From: Octopus sinensis
Lineage: Eukaryota
Assembly: GCF_006345805.1 (NCBI RefSeq)
Contig: NC_042998.1
Span: 161,634,001-161,698,000, forward strand
Direction: 5' to 3'
DNA: 64,000 bases
Shown here: one piece after another, positions 37,051 through 50,899 of the stretch
How positions within the stretch are numbered: position 1 is the stretch's first letter
Layout of the letters: each line of letters opens with the position of its first letter
Translations under genes and position numbers: made by a program
The notes under the pieces: model-generated
Database searches by the model: none
What the model saw: only the letters and a program-made list of their open reading frames with translations
What the model was told of the DNA's origin: nothing

Positions 37051-39471
37051 GTCTATCTGTGTGTTTATCATCATCATCATCATCATCATCTGCAGTAAAT
37101 TCTGGCATGTGTTGCATCAGTTATCACAATGCTAATCATTTCTTGTTAGGAAACCATCACTCTCATAGACTGGTGATTGTACATACCATTTGACTGGGTT
37201 TCTATAGCTCAATGCCCTTTCTTATCACCAGCCACTTTATGCAGCACATCTCCCTCACCATCCTCTGGGGCAATACCTTTTCCATTTTGTCTGCTGGGAC
37301 CATGAGACTGCTTCCTAATATTCTTGATGCATTTCTTAACTATCATCACCATCATCATCATCTAGTCAGGCAACTTGCTTGGACAGTTAAGTCATATTGG
37401 TCTCTCGGCAGGTGAATGTTTCATCTGTGCATCACAACTATAAAGGACAGTAGCAGTTTGCTAACTGAACTGGTTGATCCTGCCAATGGATAGTTTCTTG
37501 ACTGTTCAGCTAATCAACTTCTAGTGATATTCACCTGTGATTCAGGAATTTCATCAGCCAAAATAGATCATATTAACCATTTTTACCGTGTAAAAGGTCA
37601 AGGCAAGAGCTTTGTTTGCCTTGGAGTGTAGTAATGGAATTGATTCTATCATATTGATAGGATTCGAACCTGGAATCTAGATACTGCTGTTAATTTACAT
37701 CTGTTGCTCTTCTGTGTCAGCCATATTTACCTGCCTGCTGTAAATTATTCTTCAACAGACTTACATGAAACCAAAATATATGTCAAAATTATTGTGCATT
37801 TCCTTGCAGTTTTAGCAGTTTGGGATATCAGAAGAGAAAAAGGAGAAAGAAAAAAAAAAGATAGGAAAATTATTTGACTAAAGATCACACTCTATATTGC
37901 CATTAATCGAACAGTTTATATGTCACCACAGTCAGTTATTGCTCTTTTTATTGCCATAATATGATATATCATATTTTCTGGCAGTGATTTTACAATTCTA
38001 TATTGAATCAAATTTTCTGTGTGCTTGTATCGTTCGGTGATTTAAATCAAATGTCAAGTTTGCAGCTGACTGCATCTCAGCAGAGTTGAATTTTGTATAT
38101 AAATTGCTGTGGTGAGTTACCGGTGTATAAATATATCAAATTACCAGTTTGTATTTCTTGATAGATTTATCTACCTTTTTATGTATGTTTTTAGGCTAAA
38201 AAACGAAACCACATTGGGAATTTCTATTATCTATTAGTTTATAAAAACAAATAAGGAGAACATTTATTACCATTATTTTTTTCTTTTCTTTTTTTGTAAT
38301 GAATTATGATTCCAAGGTCTCAGTTGATTTTTTTCTTCTTTTCAAGTTTTCTGAATTATTCAAAATATATATGACAAGAACATTTGTTTTTATATTAGCC
38401 CCAACTCAACTACTATTAAAATCAGGTTTAGTAATAACCTCAAAATTTCATTTCATTTTCTCAGAGTATGCTTATTTCTGGTAAGTAAAAGTTGTCTTTT
38501 TTTTTTATCTATAATCTTTTTGGAATCCCACATATGGGACCACAAGAATCTTTCTGCTTTTAAAGACTTGATATTGGCTACCGATGAGGTTAGAAAGATA
38601 GAACATATGTTATTGATCTAATCATGATCTTTAGATATGTATAGATCTTTAGAAAATATATAAACTCTACTTATAGAAAATACAGCAAAGTGTAAGTTGA
38701 ATTTTATATGGTTTAAGTACACTTTAATCATATTCCATGGCAAAAGTAGGAATATAGTCATAGTTCTACTAATTGAGCAAACCTATGATCACTGACATCC
38801 CCTTCATGACCGTTCCATTTTTTCATATAATAGGAACTACATTGTCCAATGTATACTTCTTTTTGTAAGGTGGCAAGTATAAATGGAAGGAGTTTTGGCT
38901 GCTATCTCCAGCAGACTGAGATACCAAGTAGCAAGTCCGTTATTATATCTAACTGCAGGAATAATACTTCATTTAGAATACATTTTACCAGTTCAACAGA
39001 CGAACGATTTTATTTCAGAAGTATTCTTACAAAAATGTTAACCAGGGTTAACAATTAAACAATTATTGGATCAAGATACAATTACTTTTATTGTTGTTTA
39101 TAAAAGTTATAATCCTACTGATTACATCTTCTCTGACATTTCTTCTATTTGGTCATATATCACTGTTATTCTCTGGTTACAAATGAATTAATAATAATTT
39201 ATCAAAGCTCAATTAAGGTTATTAATATAACTGGAAAATATATCTTTATATATCTTTTCTTCAACAATTTGATTACTTTTTTCCTATTTTTTATTCTAAT
39301 ATTTTGCCGTGTGATATGAAGATATATATTGAGCTCTACTTATTAGAAAAGATATGTTTATTGATTACTAACTTGATTAATTGTTGCACAATCACAACAG
39401 TTTTTAGATATTCAGGTGGCTGTGAATGTTGGAAGATTTTGCAGGATTTGACAGGAGAAAGCTATTCTTAA

Positions 39472-39691
39472 CCTTTTCGTTACTGTATTTATTTTGAGAT
39501 GCTCTGTGTTTCTTTCAATTACTTTAAATATAACAAAGAGTTTAGTAAAATAACTTAGTTATCATTAAGCTAGTGTTAGGAACATAAATTGTGGCTAAGG
39601 TTTGGTGGAAGATTTGAATTCAAAACTTATGAAAACAAGACATTTGTACCCAGAGCCAGAGCCAGTTTCAGCCGGATTGGTATCAAAAGTG
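39472..39691. mobile_element. TTAA-flanked MITE, second family
   Basis: ttaa-ccttttcgttac...gtatcaaaagtg-ttaa. Confidence 0.6.
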
Positions 39692-41389
39692 TTAAACAGC
39701 TTATGTTATGGAACTCTCTAAAATAGCTGCAAGTTATTCACTCATTAAGCAGTTTGGCAGAGTTTTTAAAACATTGGATTGAAGCATCTTGGATTCTGAG
39801 TTCAAATCCTTCTGTGGCTAACTTTACCTTTTGTTTTTCTGGAGTTGATAAATAAAGTATAAGTTATGGACGTTAGACTTGTGGAATTATTAGGAATTCA
39901 AATATAATGTTTTGTGGTATTTGTTCTGGTTGTTTGTGTTCTGAGTTCGAATCCTGCAATGGCCTACTTGTGATAGACTTATTCCATTACTGGTTTAACA
40001 CCACCACTGTCTTTGGACACTTGTAATGGAGTCCACTGTGTTGCAAACATTTCTAGTTTAAGAATAGCTTTCTCCTGTCAGTCACAGAGACCTTATAAAA
40101 GAACATGGACATTAACATCTCTCCTGATTAAGGAATTGCAAAAAAAAAAAAGGACAACAACAATTTAGTGGAGTTGGAAATTATTAAACTTAAGATCTCA
40201 TGGCTTCTGTCTCAGTAAATTTAAATTTCCCATCTATCTTAGGGTCTGTAAAATTAATGACAGTCATATAATGAACTTTTTGTATTCAGGTTGATTAGGA
40301 ATGGTGAGGATTTTTTTTATTCAACTTGAAAACATCTTATAGGTTGAACCAAATATGGATTTTCTGTGTGTTCACTAAACTAGCTAGATATGATGGCAAA
40401 ATATCCCTTAAATCATCATACTGTCCAAAAAAACCATAAAAAGGGACACATTGGATTGTATTGTTCTAGATACATTTGGTAAGATACCTTTGGTGAGATA
40501 GTCATGACTTGAACATCTCTGATCATAGGTTTGTCTAGATTTGACCTGGGGTTTAACAACAACAATAACAACAACATAACATTATATAATGTTCAACTAA
40601 ATATCTAAACATCTTGCTTTTACTACAATATAACTTTTTTCTCTTTTATTTTTATTTTTTTCTTTCTTCCAATATGAGAGACAGAAAGAGTCAAATGTAT
40701 CAATAGATTTATCAATAAATTAACTTCAATTGATAAATTATTTTCAGTTTATCAGTAAAAATTGGTTTTTGCACTTTTAACTAATTTATTACAATATTTG
40801 TTTTATTTCAATATCATTCTACAATAATACTTTTTTCTTTCTCCAACTTGAAAATCAAGACAAAAAGAAAATAAATAATAAAGATAAAAAACAACACCAG
40901 CAACATCAGAAAACAAAGAGTGAAGTAATATAGTACTTAAACTTTTAAGTCATAGGTTATTTTCCAATAACTAATATTTTTTTCTGAAATTAGAAATTAA
41001 TCTGTTGATAATAACAACAATTAAACAAAAGTCAATTAAGATAGATATTTAGGAAAAAATTTCTTAAAGATTATTACCATAATTATTATTTTAAAAAGCA
41101 AAAAATTATCGATGACATGTCTTGAGCAATACAGAAACATCTAAAAAAAAATTGGACAACTTTTTAGGTATGGCTGTGTTGTTGATAAGCTTGATTCATA
41201 ACTATGTGGTCTGAAGTTCAGTCCCATGGCACTGCACCTTGTGAAAGTATTTATACTATAGTGTCAAAGGCTACCAAAAGATCGTGAATGGATTTAGTTG
41301 ATGGAAACTGGAAGAAGTATCGAAATTTTACTACCTTTCACGCTTATAAAATGTCAAGCAAACTTCAAAATTTGTCATTACCATTATTA

Positions 41390-41600
41390 TCAATATGGGC
41401 AGAATTTATAAATTGTTTACTACGAAGAGGAAATTAGATATGTTGAGTAGACATTTGAATGTGGCAATAGAGCTGCCAGAAAGCATTTTAATGTTAATGA
41501 AGCCAATGTTCAAAATAGGCATAAACAGTACAACAAACTTAAAACTGTGCTTAGTAATAAATAGAGAAAAATAAAAACATACAATCAAGATTATCCATAT
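41390..41600 (+). mobile_element. pogo-type transposase N-terminal (Brinker-like DNA-binding domain) relic
   Basis: KRKLDML, then after a frameshift FECGNRAARKHFNVNEANVQN, matching the GNRAAxRxFxVxE pattern. Confidence 0.5.
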
Positions 41601-42062
41601 CATTGCATTTTTCAATCAGGAATATCCATATCACCATGTATGCCAATGGTGCTCCATTGCGATAGGTACAAACTTCAAGCACTGTAAAATATGGCTCAGA
41701 CCGTCTTCACCAGCATGAACGTCAGACTTCAGAAAGTAGTTAACCATTTAATGGTTTTAGTAAATTTATACAGAAAAAGTAAGCATTATAGTCCAGCATA
41801 AATAAAAGTCAACTTCATTATATTCAAGCTCTTATTTTTTGTGTAAAAACCTATTCTGATATCAAATGAGTCAACTACCAGTACAAATGTTTACGTTTTG
41901 TATATTTCTTTTTTTTTCAACAAAAAATGTCAAAAAAATTCTGGAAATGAACTACTCCTGTAATTTACCCCCCCCCCCAATAAAATTTAATTTTATTTTT
42001 GTGAAAAAAATGAATAAATTACATGGGTTTTTACAGTGTATGTATGTATATATATATATATA

Positions 42063-42279
42063 TAAGAGAGGGTACTGAAAATTTTTTTGCTTCAAGCGTA
42101 TTGTGAAAGACCTGGTTAGAGGCCCAACCATCCAAGTTATTTTACAGGGCTTAGAAAAACTGAAGGACTGCTGTAATAAGTGTGGGAGTCTGAAAGGGGA
42201 ATATGTTGAATAAAATCATAACTAACTGATCCTCCTGCATTTTCTTTTACTGAAAGCCAGGAACTTTACAGCACCCCTT
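42063..42279. mobile_element. Mariner-derived MITE (about 217 bp)
   Basis: Imperfect TIRs (gggtactgaaaa / tttacagcacccc), TA flanks; second copy at about 13970-14130. Confidence 0.75.
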
Positions 42280-42291
42280 TATGTGTGTATG

Positions 42292-42325
<34 letters not shown>

Positions 42326-42352
42326 TGTATGCATGTATGTATATGTATATAT

Positions 42353-42425
<73 letters not shown>

Positions 42426-42426
42426 T

Positions 42427-42809
42427 CAGGCACGTGCCATCAGTAATTACTCAGGGTAGGGAGCTGGTGACCTTTGTCTAGTAAAACAGACACAAAAAAT
42501 AAGTGAAATACAGTCAAGTGACTGAGCTGAAGGCAGATTTACTTCTGCCTTCATAGCACGTAAGGAAAACAATGTTGTAGGTGTGTACACAGCACGTATA
42601 CTACAGCAGGGCTATGTGTAGTTTAAATACTGAGATTAAAAAGCAGGGGTGATTTATGCCTACCTAATCTACAAAAAAATATACATATATTTTGCATTTT
42701 ATACATAGTAATCAGAGTAACCTTCATTATTTTATTGAACTAGGTACATAGATCTATTTTATTCAAGGTAAGCACTGCCTATCTTGCCTACCTAGGTAGC
42801 ATGTCCCTG
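42427..42809. mobile_element. Possible non-autonomous DNA transposon inserted in (TA)n
   Basis: Imperfect TIR caggcacgtgcca versus cagggacatgcta (reverse complement of the right end), 10/13 match. Confidence 0.4.
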
Positions 42810-42832
<23 letters not shown>

Positions 42833-42842
<10 letters not shown>

Positions 42843-43034
42843 TATTAGAGACAAAACCACTATTTTGCAAAACAAACAAGGAAAGACTTAATCAATACAT
42901 AAAATTTTAATAAATAGTCAGATACTGAGATTAAAAATAGTATTTTTGACTATTTATTAAAATTTTATGTATTGATTAAGTCTTTCCTTGTTTGTTTTGC
43001 AAAATAGTGGTTTTGTCTCTAATAATATTTTATA
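42833..43034. repeat. Perfect inverted repeat, 88-bp arms, 26-bp spacer
   Basis: 42833-42920 is the exact reverse complement of 42947-43034. Confidence 0.95.
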
Positions 43035-43136
43035 ATATTTTACTATAAAATTGGATTTAATCCTAAATCTGATTTTTTTCCCTGTAAATTTGGATTTATT
43101 CCCTAATATTTATTATTTATATATATATATATATAT

Positions 43137-43268
43137 ATTTATTTTATAGAAGGAGCTTCTACAGGACTAGAACTGTTTCATTCAAAAGAAATCATCAGGA
43201 AGCTTCCTGATGATTTCTTTTGAATGAAACAGTTCTAGTCCTGTAGAAGCTCCTTCTATAAAATAAAT
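43137..43268. repeat. Perfect spacer-less palindrome, 66-bp arms
   Basis: Centre aag|ctt between 43202 and 43203; base-by-base symmetry to 43137/43268. Confidence 0.97.
43201..43251 (+). ncRNA. Putative type I hammerhead ribozyme (mirror copy on minus strand, 43154-43204)
   Basis: Stem I agcttc/gaagct; CUGAUGA at 43207-13; stem II ttc/gaa with a U4 loop and a U.U closing pair; GAAA at 43226-29; stem III acag/ctgt; GUA cleavage triplet at 43243-45. Confidence 0.6.
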
Positions 43269-43335
43269 TAATTTACTCTGCTATGTATTGAGTACCTTAT
43301 TTACTGTGGTTAACCCCGACTCAACCTGGGACCTA

Positions 43336-43877
43336 CATATATATATATATATGTATGTTATATATATATATGTATATATATATGTATGTATATATATATG
43401 TATGTATATATATATATGTATATATATATGTATGTATATATATATATATATGTATATATATATGTATGTATATATATATATGTATATATATATATATGTA
43501 TATATATATTTATATGTATATATATATGTATGTAAATATATATATGTATATATATATGTATATATATATATGTATATATATATATAAAATTAATTAAGGG
43601 TAGAAATTGATATTTATCAATTAAGACCAGTGGTCTAGCATATTAAAAAAGAATCCGAAGATTGAAATATTTATATATACCAATTAAGGACTGAACACGA
43701 AAAGTGGACAGTCAACATGCTAGATATAGACGTCAAATCGCCATTCACCACAAAAGATTATGTTCTCAGATCAAGTATATATATATATGTATGTATATAT
43801 ATATATGTATATATATATGTATGTATATATATATATGTATATATATATATGTATATATATATGTATGTATATATATT

Positions 43878-43916
<39 letters not shown>

Positions 43917-43942
43917 GTATATATATATACACACACACACAC
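43336..43942. repeat. Two long (TA)n/(TATG) tracts (43336-43585, 43775-43942) around a unique-looking spacer
   Basis: Direct reading. Confidence 0.95.
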
Positions 43943-44919
43943 ACTAACCAACACCCTTACTACAAACCAGGTGCAGTGAAATCATGAATCATATCAGTGA
44001 CACGATACAGTTGATTGCAGTTAGAACTACATTGTCAGATGTATTGAAAATATGTGAATCTCAACAGCCAGGTCAACAGAAAATTAGAATTTATCTATCA
44101 ATTTGTGAAACATTAATAAAAATAAAAACATCCTAACTGCAATGAAATCAGTGTTTAATTTTCATATTTTCCAAACATGACATCTGAGATATTTTTGAAA
44201 ATTAGTAACAATGTAAGTGTTACAACTTTGTTCATCCCTTCCTTTTTCAAATGCAAATTTCACCTCAAATAAGAGACTACAAACCTAAATTAATATGAGA
44301 GCAAAATGAATGAATTACTAATAAAATTTAAAATAACTTTTGATAATAGTATTATTAGAATGTAATACAATTCAAAATAATTGATACAATTTAGGCAGAA
44401 TCATAATAGTTATGATTCTTCTGCCACCCTGTGTAAAAATCACTCAACCACAATATGGTTCAAAATAAATTGGGGAAAAAAGAAATGCATTATTGTACCT
44501 GTTGTTAATTGAAAAAAAAAAAAAGAAAGAGACAGACAGAAAGAAAAAGAACACTAGACCCACCCACTGATAGAGAACTAGCAGATACTCAGATAATGTC
44601 AGATGGATAGGTTGCTTTTGGCTGTATTAGACAAATTTAGAGGTGATTCTCCACAAATTCTATTTATTATTTTTAATTTTCATTTGTATTGTTCTCAGAT
44701 TAATTTTGATTTGCATTGTCTCTGAGTTGAAATTTGAATTTGAAAAAAGAAAGGAGGGTCGCAGAATGCCTTTGTTCTTACTAATGTGGAAAAAATCTCT
44801 GAATCCAAAAAATGGTGTAATAATGGTCACAGTGAGAATTTGCAAAGATAAACGTCTAGTTGTTTAAAAGTGTGATGGTTGCTGCTTGAAAGCTTTCATT
44901 CTTATAAAATAGCCATCTT

Positions 44920-45310
44920 TTACTTGTTTCACTCATTGGACAGCAGCCATACTAGAGTACCACCCTGAAAGGTTTTGCCAAATAATTTGAACCCAGTACT
45001 TAGGTTTCTTTTAAGTCAGGTGTTTATTCTATCAGTCTCTTTTTGCTGAACTGCTAACTTACAAAAATGTAAACAAACCAAGATGGGTTGTCAGTCATGG
45101 ATGGGGACAAACACAACACAAAAGCAAAGACACACACTCACATGCATATATGATAGGTTTCCTCATAGTTTCTTTCCACTAAATTTATTTACAGGCATTG
45201 GTTGGCCAGAGCTATAGGAGAAGACACTTGCCCAGCATATCATGGAGTTGGTCTAAGCCCAAAATTGCATGGTTGCAAAGGGAGCTTCTGAAACTCAGAG
45301 CAATACCTGT
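44920..45310 (-). mobile_element. tRNA-derived SINE (decayed)
   Basis: Reverse complement of the 54274-54634 family (tttacttgtttcactcattgg...atcagtctcttttgctgaac). Confidence 0.7.
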
Positions 45311-46204
45311 GTCACAGTGAAAAAATCTGAGAAAAAAAAACAACAAAAAGGGATTCCATAAAAGATGCAATTATCATGGCTGGAATACTTTTGTTCTAAC
45401 TTACGTTTCATAAATTGGGAAATAAATTCTTATATCTTTCTGACCTCTCAACTTCGCATATTTTTAGTGCGTGCCTAAAGAACAGCATATCTGAATTTAT
45501 TTGCTTTTGGTGATCTCATTATAACAAATTTCTGTTGCAACATATCCAACCCAGACTAATCTGAATGCTAAAGAGTTAATACCCCATCAGTTTCATTAAA
45601 ATAGAATTTCATAGGTGTATATTCATACAGAGTGTAATTTATTTAAACTCAGTGAACACGAGTTGCTCTTAACAGTTGTTTTTTGTCTTCAGGTAACAAA
45701 AAGCTCTGAGGAGCGACTCAGAGAGTTTCAACTTTGAATATATAAATGTTATTCACTTCTTTTTCAAAGTATTAAGTTCTGTTTTTGTTTGATAGCAATT
45801 CAGTCAAGTGTGAAACCATCATATACTTATGTGTATGTGTGTATGTCCATTAAAGGAGATTCAGAAACCGGAGTGATTCTCTCAGTTAGTACTCTTGTTA
45901 GTGACTAACAGAGTGCATAAAAGTGGATAGTTTTCCTTAAAGGAAATCATTCCTTACAAACTGAAATTCCAAATATTGTTGTATTTAGGAATGGTCAACA
46001 ATATCTGTTTCAACACACGATTTCACATCAAAAATTTTGCAAAACAAATATATGAAATTCCAAAGATAATTTAAAAGTCATGGAGTATAATGCAGTAAAG
46101 CCAAGAATGGAGGTAGTGGTATTACATCTATTCCTTCATTATGATCATTTCAATAATACATGGTTCATACACATCATGAATATAAATGTTTTTTTTGCAT
46201 TCTT

Positions 46205-46575
46205 TTATTCTTTTACTAGTTTTAGTCATTAGACTGCGGCCATGCTGGAGTACTACTTTGAAGAACTTTTAGTTAAATAAATTGACTCCAGTATTTATTT
46301 TTATTTTTTCATACTAGGTACTTATTCTTTGGTCTCTTTTGTTGAACTACTAAGTCACAGAGATGTAAGCACACCAACACCGGTTGTCAAGTGGTGGTGG
46401 GGAAACAAACATGCACTCAAAGACACAGACACATGTATGACTGGCTTTTTCCAGTTTCCCTCCACCAAATCTTCTCCTCACATTCCTTTGGCTGGCCTAA
46501 GTTACCATGCAGTGGGAGTGAACTCAGTACCATATGGTTGGAAAGCAAACTTCTCACCATGTCGCCACACCACCT
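46205..46575 (-). mobile_element. tRNA-derived SINE (decayed)
   Basis: Reverse complement of the same family (ttttagtcattagactgcggccatgctggag...ccatatggttggaaagcaaacttc). Confidence 0.75.
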
Positions 46576-46809
46576 TCACCCATGATTGTGAAATATTACA
46601 ATATATCACATGTGTTTTTCTTACCCTTATCTGATAAGATGAATATGGTTCACAATATGTTGTAGCATTGCACACTCATTTATATTCATGAAGTGAATGA
46701 ACTGTGAATTGTTGAAGTGACCATAATGAAGAAACAAATGTAATGCCATCAGCTCCATTCTTGAATTTACTGAGTATGCATGGCTTAGCGGTTAGGGTAT
46801 TTGGCTCAT

Positions 46810-47090
46810 GATCATTACGTCCTGAGTTCAATTCCTGGCAGTGTGTTGTATCTTTGTGCGAGACACTTTATTTCAAATTGCTCCTGTCCATCCAACTTCA
46901 AAAAATGAGTTGAACATAGAATTGGAAGGGCCAACCTTATCACATTCTGTGTTGTGCTGAATCTTCCTGGAAGCTACATTAAAGGTATGTCTGTTTGTGG
47001 AGTTCTCAGCTACTTGCACATTAATTTCACAAGCAAGCTGTTCTGTTGATCTGATCAACTAGAATCCTCACTGTCATAACTAATTGAATG
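46810..47090 (+). mobile_element. tRNA-derived SINE, second family
   Basis: gcatggcttagcggttagggtatttggc...gagttcaattcctgg head; body is the reverse complement of the 36440 and 53870 copies. Confidence 0.75.
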
Positions 47091-47097
47091 CTGGTTT

Positions 47098-47146
<49 letters not shown>

Positions 47147-50100
47147 CATACTGGACATAACAGAACCAACAAGAAAACCATAGCAGAATGGAATAGTTTA
47201 TTTAGGTAGACTAAAAATGTGTTATAAAGAGTATTCCAGGAACAGCTAGTCTGTGTTTTTGCATATCTAGTATCATAGTATCCACTATGTTCATCTTCTT
47301 GTAAGAAGGTAAAGTGTGACTTGAGAGCATTTGACTGCTATTTCTAACAGTTCAAGTAACCACATAGAGACTACCTCATTGCTTGGATCTTAAAGAGACT
47401 AAAATCCCATTGTTGGTGGTGGCAGAGGTGGATCATCTGTTTATGGTGTAGTTTATTTGATACTAAGGTGTTTGAAGCACTGATAAAAATATTCCACTGC
47501 AAATTTTTGTTGTTATTGATTTTGATTCTAATTTTCTATTGATTTATCACATCCTGAAGGATAGATAACGTTATATTTACTAAGCAGGAATTAGGAAATA
47601 AATGATTGATTTCTAAACGTTGGTTTAACAATCAAAATAACAACGATTTATCTAGTTATAACTCTGCTATTTTGAACTAGTTACCACCACTTACAACATG
47701 AATTGGTTGATGATTACCAATTCTGTACTGAACAAATCAATATTAAAGCCAATTCAATTGAATCACTTACATATACTATCCTCAGTTGGATTCTCTATCA
47801 TTACAATACTAACATTTTCCTAGCATTTTTATCTTGATCTCATAAAAATCTTATAAGATTAAGTGATACAGAAAATAATTTTTATTTTGGCAAAATATCA
47901 ACTGGATATTGAACTTAGATGTTTATCATGTGTTGACAATACAGTTAATTAATCAGGTGCCTTTTAATGAAGATTTACCTCATCCAGGAGTATTATTATT
48001 GAAAAGCAAACGATACTCTCTTTAGGATTTCTTCTTTGAGATAGAAAAACCTGAAAGACTGGCACATCAGGTTTTAACTTAGAGAAGCTGACTTAAGAAT
48101 GGGAATAAAGATGAGTGTAAAATTTGCAGCCAATTATTAAAATCGTTGTGTGGTTAGAAGGAAGAGAATGTAGATTATTTTGTGATTCTTTTTGTGTTTC
48201 ATAGATATAAATGATCTTTTATGTGAATGAAATAAGACTAAAAACCATTCAACTGAATATTTGTGTCTCTTCTTATTTAACTGTTTTCTTCTTTCATCTT
48301 TTTCTATTGTGTGTTTCTATTTAGTTTTATTTAGTCTCAACTAAATTAGGATAAAAATGTAAAAAATGACATTTTAGAAATTATTGAAATATATCTTATT
48401 TAATCAAGGTATTAATGGAATTAATTATAGCATAGTATTACTGAGATAAGATACATTGCTATATGATATAGCAAGATATAGTTTAATTAACATGGTTTAA
48501 TATATTTAATTAACAAGAATTGTTTTAACTTAAAATTATATAGTACTCTTACTAAGTTTAGTCCATCAATGTTTTTAGATTGTCCTACATAAAGTATATA
48601 TTTGGAAAGAAATTGATAAAAAGCCAAAATTGGTGTTATCATAGAATATAGTTTGGGTACTTATCAGTCTAATGTCTAATCCTGCATTGATTATAAAATA
48701 ATTGTAATAAAAATATTGATGGTCAACTGACTATATATAGCCACTTTAACATTAACTCCATCAAGTTTCTAGGTAAGAAATCGTTAAATAAGAAAATACA
48801 CAATGTTGATACTGTGTAAATACTAATATCTAAGCTCATGTAGACCAACTTTAAAGATGTAGCCAACTAAACATTGAACAACTAAAAAATAAAACATGGG
48901 ACTTGTTATATTCCAGCAAATATGCTTCTCATGTCTAAGTGATCTTTCCATTTTAGTAGGTGGTCTATCTGTGTGGTATCTTTGACATCTGATATGATAC
49001 AGCACAGAGTTTGTGATGGTTTGTAATTTATTGCTGTATGCATGCCTAAGCTGAACTAACACAGTCTATGAAGGATCTATTGCTTGCAAGCTCATGTCAT
49101 ATTTAAACAGAATATATTTTATCTAAATGTTTGCCTGTTAGCGATTACAGTATGTTTATTTGTTTTGCTTTTTTTTGTTTTAGTTTTTATGTCCTCTAGC
49201 TGTTGTGTGAAAGTTATTGAGATGTTGTATATAATGCCTAGAATTTTTGTCTTTTGTGTGTATGGGAAGCTGATTTTCTTAAGTGCAGTTTAAGTGCTGC
49301 TGAGCAGAGGAAAGTGATGGATTTACAGAGTGTATACCACTTGTAAATAGACCATATAATATAGGTTGAAGGCATCTTTTTTTAGAAATTTGTATACTTT
49401 GGTGGGCATTCTATCTCAAGAAAAAGATAATGCTGAAGGAATTAATGTGTAATTCTTGAACTTAGAGAAGTGATTGCCTTGCTACTTAGAGATGAAGATT
49501 TCAATAAAAAATTTTTTAATCTGATTATTTGTAGTCTTTGTTGTATAGTGACAGGTTTATTCTTTTTAATTTTTCATTCTGCAAAAAAATACCCACAATT
49601 CCTGCTGTCAGTCTTCGACCAATAAGAAGCACACGCTTGATATTCAACTTGAGCCTTGGAAAATTATTACCTGCAAGGTAAATATGGGCGGGAAGAAATT
49701 TCCAGAAGGTTGTAGCTCTGAAAGAAGGGGATTTATATAGTGTACAGATAATGTGACTCATATAAATCTAGGTTAAACTATTAGAAATAGCTGGAAAATA
49801 AATGAAATGATTGATTGATGTTTTTAATCCATAAACTGCTGCCCAGAAGTGTATGTTTTTGATTTCTTTTGGCTAAGCACACACCTATATTTTCTAGCAG
49901 AAGGAGTATAGTTGATTGGTATATTACTGGTTATTTCACTGATTCAGATTCAAGTTCAAAAAGTATAAGTTAAAGTCTAAACACTGTAAGACATTAAACT
50001 TATTGCTCAACAGTAGCTGCATAATCTACTGTCCTGTATGCCTTGGTAATTATTGACATAGTGAAAGAATTTTTTTTATTTATCTTTATTCAATATTCTT

Positions 50101-50899
50101 GAACAGGATAGAATTTTTTAATCTCTGGAGTCACTATGTCTTCTTTTACCATAAGCAATATTATTCAGTAACTTGAGATTTAGTCAAAGAGATCTGTGTT
50201 TTCATTTGTTCATTTAAGATGTCGAAAATGTTGCAGAAACTGACCTAATGCATTGATTTATAATTGAAGTTCATAGAAAATCTATAAAAATAGGAAAGAT
50301 AAAAAAGAGTGGCATCTTCAGAATAGAACAAAACTTAACATGAATAAGCAACACAAGTCCATAAGGCATCATTCTAACTTCAGTGGAAAACTGTTCCATC
50401 CAATTTGGCAGATAAGCTTTCACTTTACTCATCTCTTTGATTTTTATTGGTTTATAGTAAGACTGAATTGTAATGAAAATATTATGTCAATAGTGCAAAG
50501 CTTAAATTTAACTTGATCATAGCATATAAGAAGATTTCTAAAAAAAAAAATAATAATAATAAATGTTTACAATAGCTCAAATAAATGATTAGCATTGTAT
50601 AAAGTGTTTACTTGAATTTTGAATTAAGATTCACTGAATTAAGAGCCTTCTGGGAATTAAGGAAAAAGAGAATGTATTTTTTTTTTATTTACATAATGTA
50701 AAACCTTTTACAAAGATCAACTTAAATGATGCTGTTTTATCCAACAATTGATTTAAATTATTGATAAAAGATAGATAGATAGATAAATAATATTTCACAA
50801 ATTACAACTTACTCCCAGTAAATTCTGGAATATGAAGAAACTAGCAAGGATCTACATCTGCAACAATGGTAATTCCATAAGAATTTGTCATCTAGCATC

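Noticed and set aside
43288-43987. Cluster of (YI/VY/CI)n ORFs (similar ones at 4.2-4.5, 28.6-29.0, 51.8-52.2, 60.2-60.6 and 63.4-63.9 kb)
   Set aside because: Stop-free frames of TA/TG repeats with no coding signal.
46624-46770. Minus frame with an in-frame TGA (HEYK*VCNATTYCEP) as a possible selenoprotein exon
   Set aside because: No selenoprotein motif, poor acceptor and no SECIS identified.
49590-49690. Exon-like segment readable on either strand (SSTNKKHTLDIQLEPWKIITCK or NNFPRLKLNIKRVLLIGRRLTAGIV)
   Set aside because: Strand is ambiguous, there is no recognisable homology and no supporting neighbouring exon.
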